This document shows positions 6,766-15,922 of a DNA stretch of 31,424 bases, piece by piece; the stretch's first letter is position 1; every line of letters starts with the position of its first letter. A program made the position numbers and the translations under genes. This DNA comes from a virus, in IMG/VR virus record IMGVR_UViG_3300000133_000001, positions 1-31,424 of that record. One strand, given 5' to 3'. The notes below the pieces were generated by a model. The model did no database searches, had not been told where the DNA came from, and worked only from the letters and a program-made list of their open reading frames with translations.

Positions 6766-7295
6766 TGGATTTTAAAAATGTAGATGAGGTTTTAAATGCT
6801 TATGCTGAATATGTAGTAGATAGTGCAAAGAAAAACCTAGTTGATGAAAGAAAAAGTTTAGGTGATTTATATAAATCAGTTAGCTACAAATATGAAAAAA
6901 GCCAAGATCTGTTTTTGTTAGATTTTCTAATGGAAGATTATGGAACTTTTGTAGATAAAGGTGTAAGGGGTAAAACCTCAACCTATCCAGAAACAAGTGC
7001 AGCACTATCACAATTTCAATATGGTAGTGGTAATTTTCCAAAGGGTGGTTTAACAGAGGGTATTAAAGGTTGGTTAGAAAAGAAAAGGTTTCAATGGAGA
7101 GATAAAAAAGGTAAATTTATGAGTTATGATACAATGACTTATTTAATATCAAGATCAATTTACAACAAGGGTTTAAAAGCAAACTTATTCTTTACTACAC
7201 CATTTGAACTAGGTTTACAAAAGTTACCAAAACAATTAACAGATGCTTTTTCACTAGATATAGAAAACGCAATTATACTAGGAACAAAAAAATAA
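6765..7295 (+). CDS. Putative head-tail joining / tail completion protein (HK97 gp10-like)
   Basis: The pattern ..YAEYVVDSAKKNL..GDLYKSV..EDYGTFVDKGVRG.. resembles the HK97 gp10 family (..ak..ap..tG.L..si....ya..vE.G). ATG at 6765 in a TAATG overlap. The track start at 6759 is TTG. Confidence 0.4.
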   Translation: MDFKNVDEVLNAYAEYVVDSAKKNLVDERKSLGDLYKSVSYKYEKSQDLFLLDFLMEDYGTFVDKGVRGKTSTYPETSAALSQFQYGSGNFPKGGLTEGIKGWLEKKRFQWRDKKGKFMSYDTMTYLISRSIYNKGLKANLFFTTPFELGLQKLPKQLTDAFSLDIENAIILGTKK

Positions 7296-7298
7296 GAT

Positions 7299-7442
7299 AT
7301 GGATTGGACATTAGGCATAGCATTTCATTTTCCACATAACAGATTTATGTTAGGTTGGGAGTACATAGCAAAAGATGAAAGGTACACATACACAACAATA
7401 AGACTATATTTATTTATAGCTACACTAACACTAGATTTTTAA
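7299..7442 (+). CDS. Small hypothetical ORF (47 aa; MDWTLGIAFHFPHNRFMLGWEYIAKDERYTYTTIRLYLFIATLTLDF)
   Basis: Hand-translated. It exactly fills the gap between 7295 and 7444. Confidence 0.4.
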   Translation: MDWTLGIAFHFPHNRFMLGWEYIAKDERYTYTTIRLYLFIATLTLDF

Positions 7443-7443
7443 G

Positions 7444-8448
7444 ATGGCATTACAATTAGCATTAAGAAACCCACAGTTTAAATTTATAGTAGCAAGTGCC
7501 GGAGCAAGGTCTGTTGTTTGTACAGTTACTATTGATGGTACATTAAGGTATACACTAACAAAGAATTTACCTTTATCTTTAGTAGCAACTCAAACAGTTA
7601 ATTTTGATATAGCAGAACTTGCAAGAGATTACATAGAGATTACCTACCAAAGTAGTTATGTGCCACAGACTGTTGATATAGAAACAAACCTAAAAAGCTA
7701 TAATGCAATAAATGGTGGTGGTACTGTAATAGATGAACCAGCTACAATAACAGATAGAGGTTTTGAAGCCTATGGAACATTTGAAGAAGAAGTAAATCCA
7801 ACTATACCTTTTGGCAGAACTACACCTACTTACTTAATACCTATAAATGAAGATACAGATACCTTTACAATATTTGCACCTAATAACAGAGCTGGCAAAT
7901 TACCAAGCATAACTGCTTTAAATGGTTTAGTGGTAACACCTTATACAAGCACAGATACAAGTATAACAAATGTTGATGGTGTTGTATGTAACATTAAAAG
8001 GATTGATTGCACAAAGTATGGTGAGGGTAACAAAATTATCTACATAAACAAATATGGTGTGCAACAAGATTTATGGTTCTTTTTAAAAGAAACTAAAAAC
8101 CTAGCACGAACTAATGAGGGTTACAAGTCAAATACAATAACCTATCCAAGTGGTTCAAGTGCTACATATAATGTACAAAATGCACCTAACAAAGTATTCA
8201 ACACACAAGCAAAACAAACACACACATTAAGTAGTGGATATTATCCAGAGTTTGCTAACCAACAATTTGAAGAATTACTATTAAGCGAATACGTTTGGTT
8301 ATCGACTGTTAGAAAAGGAAGTGGGATAATCATACCAGTTAAAGTTAAAACCTCAACAGTAGCCTTTAAAACAAGTGTAAACGATAGATTAATAGAGTAC
8401 ACTATGGAATTTGAAGAAGCCTTTGATTATATAAACAACATTAGATAA
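7444..8448 (+). CDS. Virion structural protein (334 aa), putative tail/baseplate component
   Basis: Thr/Asn/Ser/Val-rich, beta-type composition. It abuts the next gene (TAA then ATG). No enzymatic motif. Confidence 0.6.
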   Translation: MALQLALRNPQFKFIVASAGARSVVCTVTIDGTLRYTLTKNLPLSLVATQTVNFDIAELARDYIEITYQSSYVPQTVDIETNLKSYNAINGGGTVIDEPATITDRGFEAYGTFEEEVNPTIPFGRTTPTYLIPINEDTDTFTIFAPNNRAGKLPSITALNGLVVTPYTSTDTSITNVDGVVCNIKRIDCTKYGEGNKIIYINKYGVQQDLWFFLKETKNLARTNEGYKSNTITYPSGSSATYNVQNAPNKVFNTQAKQTHTLSSGYYPEFANQQFEELLLSEYVWLSTVRKGSGIIIPVKVKTSTVAFKTSVNDRLIEYTMEFEEAFDYINNIR

Positions 8449-10608
8449 ATGCGTAGACTACAGCTATACATAGGTACTGAAAGGGTAGATTTATTTAAGG
8501 ATGAAACAGTTTCACTTACACAAACAATCCAAAATGTAAAGGATATTGCAAAGGTGTTTACCGAGTTTACACAAACATTTGCAGTACCAGCATCTAAAGA
8601 AAACAATATAATATTTCAGCACTATTATAACTTTGATATTGATTTTGGTTTTGATGCAAGAAATAAAGCTGATGCAAGATTAGAGTTAAATGATTTGCCT
8701 TTTAAGAATGGTAAGATAAAACTTAATAGTGTTGATTTAAAAAACAATGTTGCTCATACATATCACATTACTTTCTTTGGTAATACGGTAAACCTTAAAG
8801 ATGTTTTAGGCGATGACTTGTTGAGTAGTTTGGGTGCATTAGATGATAATTCACAAGTATATGCCTACCAAGATATTGTAGATATATTACAAGGATTTCC
8901 AACTGGGAATAATAATATTGTAGTGCCTTTAATCTCACATACAAATAGACTTATTTATAATTCCGGTTCACATACAACATATGACCCAGAAGCAACAACA
9001 AATAATATAAGCCATCACGGTACTGGAACACAAAACCAAAATGGTGTAGATTGGAAGCAATTCAAATATGCTTTAAGAGTACAAGCTATAATTGATGCAA
9101 TAGAAAGTAAATACACTATTGCAAATGGCTATGGTTCAGATATTGTTTTTTCAGATGATTTTTTTAATGATACTACTAATGAAGAATTTGATGATTTATT
9201 TATATGGTTGCATAGAAAAAAAGGTAATGTAGAAACACCAAGCTTCGGAGATGCGAGTTGGACATCAGTAACAGAATTAGGAACAGAAACAACAAGTGGT
9301 GATTATGATGAAATGACACCCGTTGGATTTATTGAATTTGGAAATTTAAATATTGATACATCAAATGGAGATTATAGCCTAGATACACCACAAGTAGATT
9401 TATTATTTACACCTACAAATCTTTTATTAGCTTATGATATTAGAGTAACAGAAACAAACACCGGAACTACGGTAACAGAAAATGGTGTTTCTGGACAATA
9501 TCCTTTTTATACAAATGAACAATTACCCGATGGTACATATACAATAGAAATCAGAAGTGATGTGTTGGTGCAATTTGGAGCGGGTGGTATTAAATGGACA
9601 CTAGATGCAGAAGAAAGAGATGATGAACAACAATCATTAAATGGCTCTGTTGTATTTGAAAATGCTGCAACATTTGGAACTAGTGCGGTATTTGAGTTTA
9701 ATATCACACAACAAATACCTAAAATTAAGACTATAGATTTTTTATCTGGCTTATTTAAAATGTTTAACCTTACTGCCTTTGTGAATGATGTGGGGACAAT
9801 AGTTGTAAGAACTTTGGATAGTTATTATGCAGCGGGTTCACAAACACCAATAAACATAGATAAATATTTAGATACTAAAACATCAAAGGTTGAGGTTGCA
9901 TTGCCTTTTAAAGAAATAAATTTTAGTTATAAAGGTTTAGGTACTTTATTCGCTAAACAATTTGAACAAATATATAATTCCGGTTGGGGTTCTATAAGCT
10001 ATAAATTAAACAATAGAATATATGATGCACCAACAGAAAATTATAAAGTGGAACTGCCTTTTGAGCATATGCAATATGAAAGACTTTATGATATTGACCC
10101 AAGTGGATCTGGAGCATCAACTACAGTACAATATGGTTATTTTGTAGATGATAATTTTGAACCTTACTATGGTGAACCTTTATTATTCTATCCTATCCTA
10201 AACAATGGTACATCAATAAGAATTAGAGATTATGATACCGGAGCTGCACCAGATGATATAACAAGATATTTTATACCATCAAATAGTTTGGCATTGTCTT
10301 GCCCAACAAGTAAAGTAAACATACATTTTCAAAATGAATATAATGAATATACAGTTAGGGAAGTTGGTGACCCAGGTTGTTTTACAGATACTTTATTTGA
10401 AACTAAATACAAGACTTATATTCAAGATGTGTTTAATGAAAAAAGAAGATTAATAAAAGTAACTGCTTTTCTACCTATGAAAGTTTATTATGATCTGGAA
10501 TTAAATGATTTGATAGAGTTGGGACAAGATAGTTACAAAATAAATTCTCTTAAAACAGATTTAACAACCGGTAAAACAGAATTAGAATTATTAAACACAA
10601 TATTATGA
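8449..10608 (+). CDS. Large virion structural protein (719 aa), putative tail tip / baseplate hub
   Basis: Size and position between the 334-aa structural protein and the tape-measure-like gene. No catalytic motif recognised. Confidence 0.6.
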   Translation: MRRLQLYIGTERVDLFKDETVSLTQTIQNVKDIAKVFTEFTQTFAVPASKENNIIFQHYYNFDIDFGFDARNKADARLELNDLPFKNGKIKLNSVDLKNNVAHTYHITFFGNTVNLKDVLGDDLLSSLGALDDNSQVYAYQDIVDILQGFPTGNNNIVVPLISHTNRLIYNSGSHTTYDPEATTNNISHHGTGTQNQNGVDWKQFKYALRVQAIIDAIESKYTIANGYGSDIVFSDDFFNDTTNEEFDDLFIWLHRKKGNVETPSFGDASWTSVTELGTETTSGDYDEMTPVGFIEFGNLNIDTSNGDYSLDTPQVDLLFTPTNLLLAYDIRVTETNTGTTVTENGVSGQYPFYTNEQLPDGTYTIEIRSDVLVQFGAGGIKWTLDAEERDDEQQSLNGSVVFENAATFGTSAVFEFNITQQIPKIKTIDFLSGLFKMFNLTAFVNDVGTIVVRTLDSYYAAGSQTPINIDKYLDTKTSKVEVALPFKEINFSYKGLGTLFAKQFEQIYNSGWGSISYKLNNRIYDAPTENYKVELPFEHMQYERLYDIDPSGSGASTTVQYGYFVDDNFEPYYGEPLLFYPILNNGTSIRIRDYDTGAAPDDITRYFIPSNSLALSCPTSKVNIHFQNEYNEYTVREVGDPGCFTDTLFETKYKTYIQDVFNEKRRLIKVTAFLPMKVYYDLELNDLIELGQDSYKINSLKTDLTTGKTELELLNTIL

Positions 10609-10748
10609 TTAAGAATATAATAGACTTATTGCAAGTTGTTGAGGCTGATACTGAAAACATAAGAATAGCACAAGGAAAATATAAATTAGCAGAAACCTTA
10701 AAAGAGGGTTACAATCAAATTAAAAGAGATTTAAAATGGCAAAAGTAG
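10605..10748 (+). CDS. Small hypothetical ORF (47 aa; MIKNIIDLLQVVEADTENIRIAQGKYKLAETLKEGYNQIKRDLKWQK)
   Basis: Hand-translated. ATGA overlap with 8449..10608 and a 13-nt overlap with the next gene. Confidence 0.4.
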   Translation: MIKNIIDLLQVVEADTENIRIAQGKYKLAETLKEGYNQIKRDLKWQK

Positions 10749-12379
10749 TAGAGGTTCAATTAATTGCTAAAACAGATGATGCAGTTGCTGGGGTTAATAA
10801 GGTAGATCAAGCAGTAAATAAAACTGGTAGGTCAGCTAAAAAGACTAACAAAGAACTTTCAGCCTTTTCAGAGGGTGGTAAACAACTAGTAAGTGCATTA
10901 GATAGACAAACTGGTGGGCTTGCATCTAAATTTGTTGCAGTAGGTAAGGCTGCAAAGTTAAGCGGTAAGGCTATGAAAACGGCTTTAATATCTAGTGGTA
11001 TTGGTTTGGCAGTTGTTGCAGTTGGATTGCTTGTTGAATATTGGGATGAAATAGGTGAAGCATTAGGGTTTATAAATAAAGATTTAGAAAATCAAGCTAT
11101 TGAAATAAATAAATCTATTGAAGCAAGTAATATAAAATTAGCATCATTAAAAAATCAACAAACTATACTTGAATTACAAGATAAAAGCACAACAAATATT
11201 AAAAATTCAATAAAAGAAGAATTGCTTTTGCAAGTACAGAAAAATGTTGAACTTTTAAAAAATCTACAAACACAATTAGAATTAGAAAAAAATAGCCAAA
11301 AAGAAGTAGGCTTTTTAGAAAAGGCTGCGTTTTGGGTTGGTACAAGACTTGGAAGCACAACAGCCCTAGCCTTTGCAGCAAGAGATATAACTAAAGAAAA
11401 CGAAAGACAAGAGGAAATACAAGAACAAATAAACAAAGCAAATACACAAGCAGAAAATCTTGCAATTTCATTGTTACAATTAGATAAAAAAGCTAATGAT
11501 GAAAAACAAAAAGCAGCAGATGAAGCAAACAAAGCAGTAGAAGAAGCAAATAGAAAAGCAAAAGAAGCTGAAAAAGAAAGGGTTGATGCTATTGAAAGAA
11601 TAAGAAAAGGTTTAATAGATACAGAGGCAGAAGAACGTGCAGAAAAATTAAGGCTAATTAAAGAAGATTATAATCAACAAATAGCATTAGCAGCAGAATT
11701 TTATGGAGCAAATTCAATAAAGATACTAGAATTAAAAGCAGCACAAAAAGCAGCAGAAGATCAACAACAAGCAGAATTTGATGAGCAAGATAAAGCAAGG
11801 CAAGATAAACTTGACGAAGAAGAAAAAAAGAGAAAAGAAAAACAATTAGCAGATGACAAGAAAATATCTGATGCAGCTATTAAAATTGCAGAATTAGAAG
11901 AAGAAGCTAAAAGAACATCATTAGAGGGTTATGCTGGTGCTATAAATAGTTTATCAAATACAATAGGTCAAGAAACTGCTGCTGGTAAAGGTTTGGCAGT
12001 TGCATCTTCATTAATAAATACCTATGCTGCTATAACTGGACAATTAAAAACTGCTGCTGGTTCACCGGGTGGTGCTATACCGGGTTATGCTATCGCACAA
12101 GCTATTGCAACGGGTGTTGCTGGTTTTGCTGCTGTTAAAAAGATTGTTGCCGTACAAGTGCCAGGAGGTGGCGGAAGTGGTTCAAGTCAAACTGGTTCGT
12201 TGCCTACAGTACCTACACCACCAGCATTTAATGTAGTAGGAGCAAGTGGAGAAACACAACTAGCAGATGCAATAGGTAGCCAAACACAAAGACCAGCAAG
12301 AGCATACGTTGTATCTAATGATGTAACAACTGCACAAGAAATGGATAGAAACATTATAGAGGGTGCTAGTATAGGCTAA
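10736..12379 (+). CDS. Tape-measure-like protein (547 aa)
   Basis: Hydrophobic segment ALISSGIGLAVVAVGLLV. A long Glu/Lys/Ala/Gln coiled-coil (..KAADEANKAVEEANRKAKEAEKER..). C-terminal Gly/Ala-rich hydrophobic block (AGKGLAVASSLINTYAAITGQL..GVAGFAAVKKIV). Confidence 0.55.
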   Translation: MAKVVEVQLIAKTDDAVAGVNKVDQAVNKTGRSAKKTNKELSAFSEGGKQLVSALDRQTGGLASKFVAVGKAAKLSGKAMKTALISSGIGLAVVAVGLLVEYWDEIGEALGFINKDLENQAIEINKSIEASNIKLASLKNQQTILELQDKSTTNIKNSIKEELLLQVQKNVELLKNLQTQLELEKNSQKEVGFLEKAAFWVGTRLGSTTALAFAARDITKENERQEEIQEQINKANTQAENLAISLLQLDKKANDEKQKAADEANKAVEEANRKAKEAEKERVDAIERIRKGLIDTEAEERAEKLRLIKEDYNQQIALAAEFYGANSIKILELKAAQKAAEDQQQAEFDEQDKARQDKLDEEEKKRKEKQLADDKKISDAAIKIAELEEEAKRTSLEGYAGAINSLSNTIGQETAAGKGLAVASSLINTYAAITGQLKTAAGSPGGAIPGYAIAQAIATGVAGFAAVKKIVAVQVPGGGGSGSSQTGSLPTVPTPPAFNVVGASGETQLADAIGSQTQRPARAYVVSNDVTTAQEMDRNIIEGASIG

Positions 12380-12380
12380 A

Positions 12381-12411
12381 TGCAAAATTAAAAACTAAAC
12401 ACGTTATATAT
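12381..12411 (+). promoter_or_regulatory. Putative phage late promoter, copy 3 (TGCAAA-N15-CGTTATATAT)
   Basis: CGTTATATAT at 12402-12411 ends 2 nt before the ATG at 12414. AAATGCAAAA at 12378-12387 is shared with copy 4 at identical spacing. Confidence 0.65.
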
Positions 12412-12413
12412 TT

Positions 12414-13004
12414 ATGAGGATAATAGAACTTATTTTAGATGAAGAAGATTTGGATGCTGGAGTAGAAGCGATTTCTATCGTAGAAAGCCCAGCCATTGAA
12501 AGTGACTTTGTTGCATTAAAGAACCAAGAAATAAAGTTAGCAGAAGTAGACAAAGAAAAGAAGATATTAATGGGTGCTTTATTAATACCAGACAAGCCTA
12601 TTTACAGAAATGGTTCAGAGGGTGAGTATTACATATTCTTTTCAAAAGATACTATTGTAAAAGCATCTCAAATGTTCTTACAGAATGGAAACCAAAGTAG
12701 ATCAACACTAGAACACGCACAAGCACTTAATGGTTTAACATTAGTTGAAAGCTGGATAGTAGAAGATAAAGCCAAAGACAAGACTGCATTGTATGGTTTA
12801 GATGTACCGGTTGGAACTTGGATGGGATCAGTCAAAGTCAATAATGATGATGTTTGGAATGAGTATGTAAAGACAAACAAGGTAAAAGGATTTTCTATCG
12901 AGGGTTACTTTGCAGATAAAATGGAAGCACCTAAAGAAGCTATAGAAGAACAAATGGCTGAACAATTATTAAACCAAATAAAAACAATAATAACACAAAT
13001 ATAA
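12414..13004 (+). CDS. XkdF-like putative prohead serine protease (Peptidase_S78_2-like)
   Basis: AISIVESPAIESDFVALK, ..ILMGALLIPDKPIY..YYIFFSKDTIVKASQMFL..STLEH..LVESWIV.. and ..VKGFSIEGYF follow the PBSX XkdF-family pattern. The gene sits in the head module. Confidence 0.65.
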   Translation: MRIIELILDEEDLDAGVEAISIVESPAIESDFVALKNQEIKLAEVDKEKKILMGALLIPDKPIYRNGSEGEYYIFFSKDTIVKASQMFLQNGNQSRSTLEHAQALNGLTLVESWIVEDKAKDKTALYGLDVPVGTWMGSVKVNNDDVWNEYVKTNKVKGFSIEGYFADKMEAPKEAIEEQMAEQLLNQIKTIITQI

Positions 13005-13005
13005 A

Positions 13006-13491
13006 ATGAAAAGTAGATTAGAAAAAATTTATAGCAAACTACCAAACCAAAAAGTAGACCTTAAAGCACAAAAGGTAGATTTAAGTTTAATTAGTGAATT
13101 GGAAAGTGCTTTAAGCAATGTACAATCATTTGATAAAGCTGAAAATGACTTTAATGATGTGGTTGAGACTGCCAAAAAATTTAATAGTCTTTTAAATCAA
13201 ATAAGACCAGTTGCAAGAGAGTTTATTAGTGAATATGATAGTCTTAAAAAAGATTATGATGGTTTAGCAAATGCAACAGAAAACTTTAAAGATAGAATAT
13301 TTGAATATCAAATTGGTTTAAGAGAATTAGGATTAGATGATATGTCTGACCAAGTTAAAAACTATTATGATGAATTGTCATATTGGGAAATTTTAGATAG
13401 CAAAATATTTAATTATAACTATCAACAAGAAGAACTTGTGGGAGTAGACTTTACAAGCCTAATGAGTTGGGCAAAAGACATAGAAGAATAA
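13006..13491 (+). CDS. Hypothetical head-module protein (161 aa)
   Basis: Starts 2 nt after the protease stop. Helical, acidic composition. Confidence 0.65.
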   Translation: MKSRLEKIYSKLPNQKVDLKAQKVDLSLISELESALSNVQSFDKAENDFNDVVETAKKFNSLLNQIRPVAREFISEYDSLKKDYDGLANATENFKDRIFEYQIGLRELGLDDMSDQVKNYYDELSYWEILDSKIFNYNYQQEELVGVDFTSLMSWAKDIEE

Positions 13492-13495
13492 ATAA

Positions 13496-13657
13496 ATGCA
13501 AAGAAACAACAAAAATAAAACTTTTATACCTAGTAGAACATCACCTACTGGGGGTGGACGTGCTTGTTTATGTTGGGATACCAACAAGTATTCTATTTCT
13601 TGTTGTGATGGTTCTATGCAAGCACAAGGTATTGGTGTAATAACAAGAACAGATTGA
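13496..13657 (+). CDS. Small Cys-rich ORF (53 aa; MQRNNKNKTFIPSRTSPTGGGRACLCWDTNKYSISCCDGSMQAQGIGVITRTD)
   Basis: Hand-translated, below the track cutoff. It fills most of the 13492-13696 gap on the + strand, where the track shows only an antisense ORF (13459..13665). Confidence 0.45.
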   Translation: MQRNNKNKTFIPSRTSPTGGGRACLCWDTNKYSISCCDGSMQAQGIGVITRTD

Positions 13658-13660
13658 AAA

Positions 13661-13691
13661 TGCAAAAAGTAAATTAATAATCGTTATATAA
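13661..13691 (+). promoter_or_regulatory. Putative phage late promoter, copy 4 (TGCAAA-N15-CGTTATATAA)
   Basis: CGTTATATAA at 13682-13691 ends 5 nt before the ATG at 13697. AAATGCAAAA at 13658-13667. Confidence 0.65.
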
Positions 13692-13696
13692 ATAGT

Positions 13697-14293
13697 ATGG
13701 AAAAAACAAAAATGTTAAATCAAATTAGAACACTTTTAAACATCGAGGTAAAACTTGAAGAAATGAAGTTGGAAAACGGTACTGTAGTAAGTGCTGATAC
13801 ATTTGAAAAAGGAAGTGAAATTTTTATTGTCACAGACGATGAGAAAGTAGCAATGCCAGTAGGGGAATATATCCTTGAAGATGGTAGATTGGTTGTAGTA
13901 TCTGAAGAAGGTATGATTGCAGATGTCAGAGAAGTATCTGATGAAGTACCAGCTAAAGAAGAAACAGAAGATCTTGAAGAAGAAACTGTTGAAACAGAAG
14001 TACCAGCAGAGGTTGCTACAGAAGTTGAAGCAATTATTGAAGCAGTAGTTGAGGTTATTGCCCCAGTACTTGAAGAAGTAAAATCTGAAATTGAAGAACT
14101 TAAAAAAGAGTTTGGAAAAATGAGAAAATACGAAGACGAAAAAGAAGAAGACAAGAAAGAAGAAATGTCTGCTGCTAGAAAACCAATTAAACACAATCCA
14201 GAAGCAAAAGCACCACAAAAAAAACAAATGCAATTTGGTAAAGGACAATTCAACACAACACTAGATAGAGTATTAAATAAATTAAACAAATAA
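13697..14293 (+). CDS. Acidic scaffolding-like protein (198 aa)
   Basis: Immediately upstream of the capsid gene. Long Glu/Val/Ala-rich acidic helical region (EETEDLEEETVETEVPAEVATEVEAIIEAVVEV..) with a basic tail. Confidence 0.55.
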   Translation: MEKTKMLNQIRTLLNIEVKLEEMKLENGTVVSADTFEKGSEIFIVTDDEKVAMPVGEYILEDGRLVVVSEEGMIADVREVSDEVPAKEETEDLEEETVETEVPAEVATEVEAIIEAVVEVIAPVLEEVKSEIEELKKEFGKMRKYEDEKEEDKKEEMSAARKPIKHNPEAKAPQKKQMQFGKGQFNTTLDRVLNKLNK

Positions 14294-14294
14294 A

Positions 14295-15272
14295 ATGAAA
14301 AAAAGAAACGTAAATTTAGCGACAACCACTAACATAACGACTACGTATGCTGGAGAATTTGCTGGTGAGTATATCGCAGCGGCTTTATTATCTGCATCAA
14401 CAATTGATGATGGTGGTTTAACAGTAAAGGCAAACATCGCTTTTAAGGAAGTAATCAAGAAACTAGCTACAAATGCTTTGGTTCAACCAGCAACTTGTGA
14501 TTTTTCACCAACATCTACAATTACACTTACTGAAAGAATAATTACCCCCGTTGAGTTGGGTGTTTCGTTACAACTTTGTAAGTATGATTTTGTGAACGAT
14601 TGGGAGGCGCAATCTATGGGTTATGGTCTTGGTCAAACATTACCTCCAAAGTTTTCTGACTTTATGATTGCACACGTTGCATCTGAAGTAGCACAAAACA
14701 CAGAGTTTTGTATCTGGCAAGGTGATACGGCAGCGGGAACAAACAATTCTTTTGATGGGTTTGAAAAACTAATTGCAGCATCAGCAGCAGCGGGAGATAT
14801 TCCAGCGGCACAACAAGTAGCAGCAGTAGCTGGTGGATTGTTATCTACAAACATCATTGATGAACTTTCTAAAGTAGTTGATGCAATACCAGCAGCACTA
14901 TATGGAAAAGAAGATTTATTCTTATACATCGGAACTAAAGCAGCTAAACTATATGTACAAGCACTAGGTGGTTTTGGAGCAAATGGTTTAGGAGCAAATG
15001 GTGTGGCAAATATGGGAACGCAATGGTGGAACAATGGAAGCCTAACGGTGAATGGTGTAAAAATCTTTGTATGTCCGGGAATGTCTGACAACAAAATGTA
15101 TGCAGCACAACGTTCTAACTTATACTTTGGTACTGGGTTACTAAATTCAACAAACGAAGTAAAAGTACTAGATATGGCAGATTTAGATGGATCAAACAAT
15201 GTACGTATGATTATGAGATTTACATCAGCAGTACAATTCGGAATTTCATCTGATTTAGTAGAGTACGCATAA
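14295..15272 (+). CDS. Major capsid protein (HK97-fold type)
   Basis: 325 aa with a sequence pattern typical of HK97-family capsids (..TYAGEFAGEYI..VELGVSLQLCKYDF..FCIWQGDTAAG..FDGFEKLI..LFLYIGTKAAKLY..MIMRFTSAVQFG). It follows the scaffold-like gene and is followed by a strong terminator. Confidence 0.8.
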   Translation: MKKRNVNLATTTNITTTYAGEFAGEYIAAALLSASTIDDGGLTVKANIAFKEVIKKLATNALVQPATCDFSPTSTITLTERIITPVELGVSLQLCKYDFVNDWEAQSMGYGLGQTLPPKFSDFMIAHVASEVAQNTEFCIWQGDTAAGTNNSFDGFEKLIAASAAAGDIPAAQQVAAVAGGLLSTNIIDELSKVVDAIPAALYGKEDLFLYIGTKAAKLYVQALGGFGANGLGANGVANMGTQWWNNGSLTVNGVKIFVCPGMSDNKMYAAQRSNLYFGTGLLNSTNEVKVLDMADLDGSNNVRMIMRFTSAVQFGISSDLVEYA

Positions 15273-15291
15273 TTAATTAATTAATCAATAG

Positions 15292-15329
15292 AAAGGGGTG
15301 GGTAGGTAATCTGCTCACCCTTTTTTTTT
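15292..15329 (+). terminator. Strong rho-independent terminator after the capsid gene
   Basis: gggtgggtag (15296-15305) pairs with ctgctcaccc (15311-15320), giving 10 bp with two G-U pairs. The loop is gtaat, followed by T9 at 15321-15329. It is preceded by a (TAAT)n run containing stop codons. Confidence 0.85.
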
Positions 15330-15345
15330 AAAACAAATAAAAACA

Positions 15346-15867
15346 ATGGCTTGTACATTAACAACGGGTAGAAAACTACCTTGCAAAAGTGCTTTTGGTG
15401 GCATTAAAAGAGTTTACTTTGCTGATTATGGTGACCTTACTGCAATCACAGTAGATGCTCCAACTGGTGAAGCAACATTTACGGGAACACCAACTTGGTA
15501 TGAATATGATGTAAAAGGTAATTCATCTTTAGAAACTACTGTGACAAGTAGCAGAGAAAATGGAACAACTTTTTATACTCAAACTTTAAACCTTACATTA
15601 ACATATCTAGATGCTTTAACGCAACAACAACTACAAACACTTGCAGTAGCAAGACCATATGTAGTAGTAGAAGATTACTATGGAAATAGCTTCTTATGTG
15701 GCTTTGAGAATGGTATGGAGTGTACGGGTGGTACAGTCGTGACTGGGGCTGCCGCTGGAGACCTCTCGGGCTTTACTTTAACGTTTGAGGGTATGGAAGA
15801 AACTGCACCTTATTTCCTTGCAACAGCAGTAACTGGAGATGCAGCACAGATTGACCCAACTGCATAA
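15346..15867 (+). CDS. Putative major tail (tube) protein (173 aa)
   Basis: N-terminus ..GRKLPCKSAFGGIKRVYFADYGDL.. and C-terminus ..GGTVVTGAAAGDLSGFTLTFEGMEETAPYF.. resemble siphovirus tube-protein patterns. It is flanked by terminators and has no late-promoter box of its own. Confidence 0.45.
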   Translation: MACTLTTGRKLPCKSAFGGIKRVYFADYGDLTAITVDAPTGEATFTGTPTWYEYDVKGNSSLETTVTSSRENGTTFYTQTLNLTLTYLDALTQQQLQTLAVARPYVVVEDYYGNSFLCGFENGMECTGGTVVTGAAAGDLSGFTLTFEGMEETAPYFLATAVTGDAAQIDPTA

Positions 15868-15887
15868 TTAATATTTATTTTAAATTG

Positions 15888-15917
15888 AAAGCATCCTTAA
15901 TCGGGTGCTTTTTTTTT
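15888..15917 (+). terminator. Rho-independent terminator
   Basis: aaagcatcc (15888-15896) pairs with gggtgcttt (15903-15911), giving 9 bp with one G-U pair. The loop is ttaatc and the T-run extends to 15917. Confidence 0.8.
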
Positions 15918-15922
15918 GTTTT

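Noticed and set aside
13720-14325. 201-aa minus-strand ORF (and the 170-aa ORF at 13736..14248) antisense to the scaffold-like gene
   Set aside because: These are shadow ORFs of a GAA/GAG/AAA-rich coding strand. Their products are low-complexity Ser/Phe/Leu/Cys strings. The + strand gene has a late promoter box, tight coupling to the capsid gene and a sensible acidic scaffold composition.
14633-15199. 188-aa minus-strand ORF inside the capsid gene
   Set aside because: It is antisense to a strongly supported HK97-type capsid ORF. It has no upstream intergenic space, promoter or recognisable motif.
15271-15290. The (TAAT)n / TTAATTAA run after the capsid stop as a functional palindromic site
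   Set aside because: It is short, AT-only, and consistent with a multi-frame stop spacer ahead of the terminator. It does not recur elsewhere.
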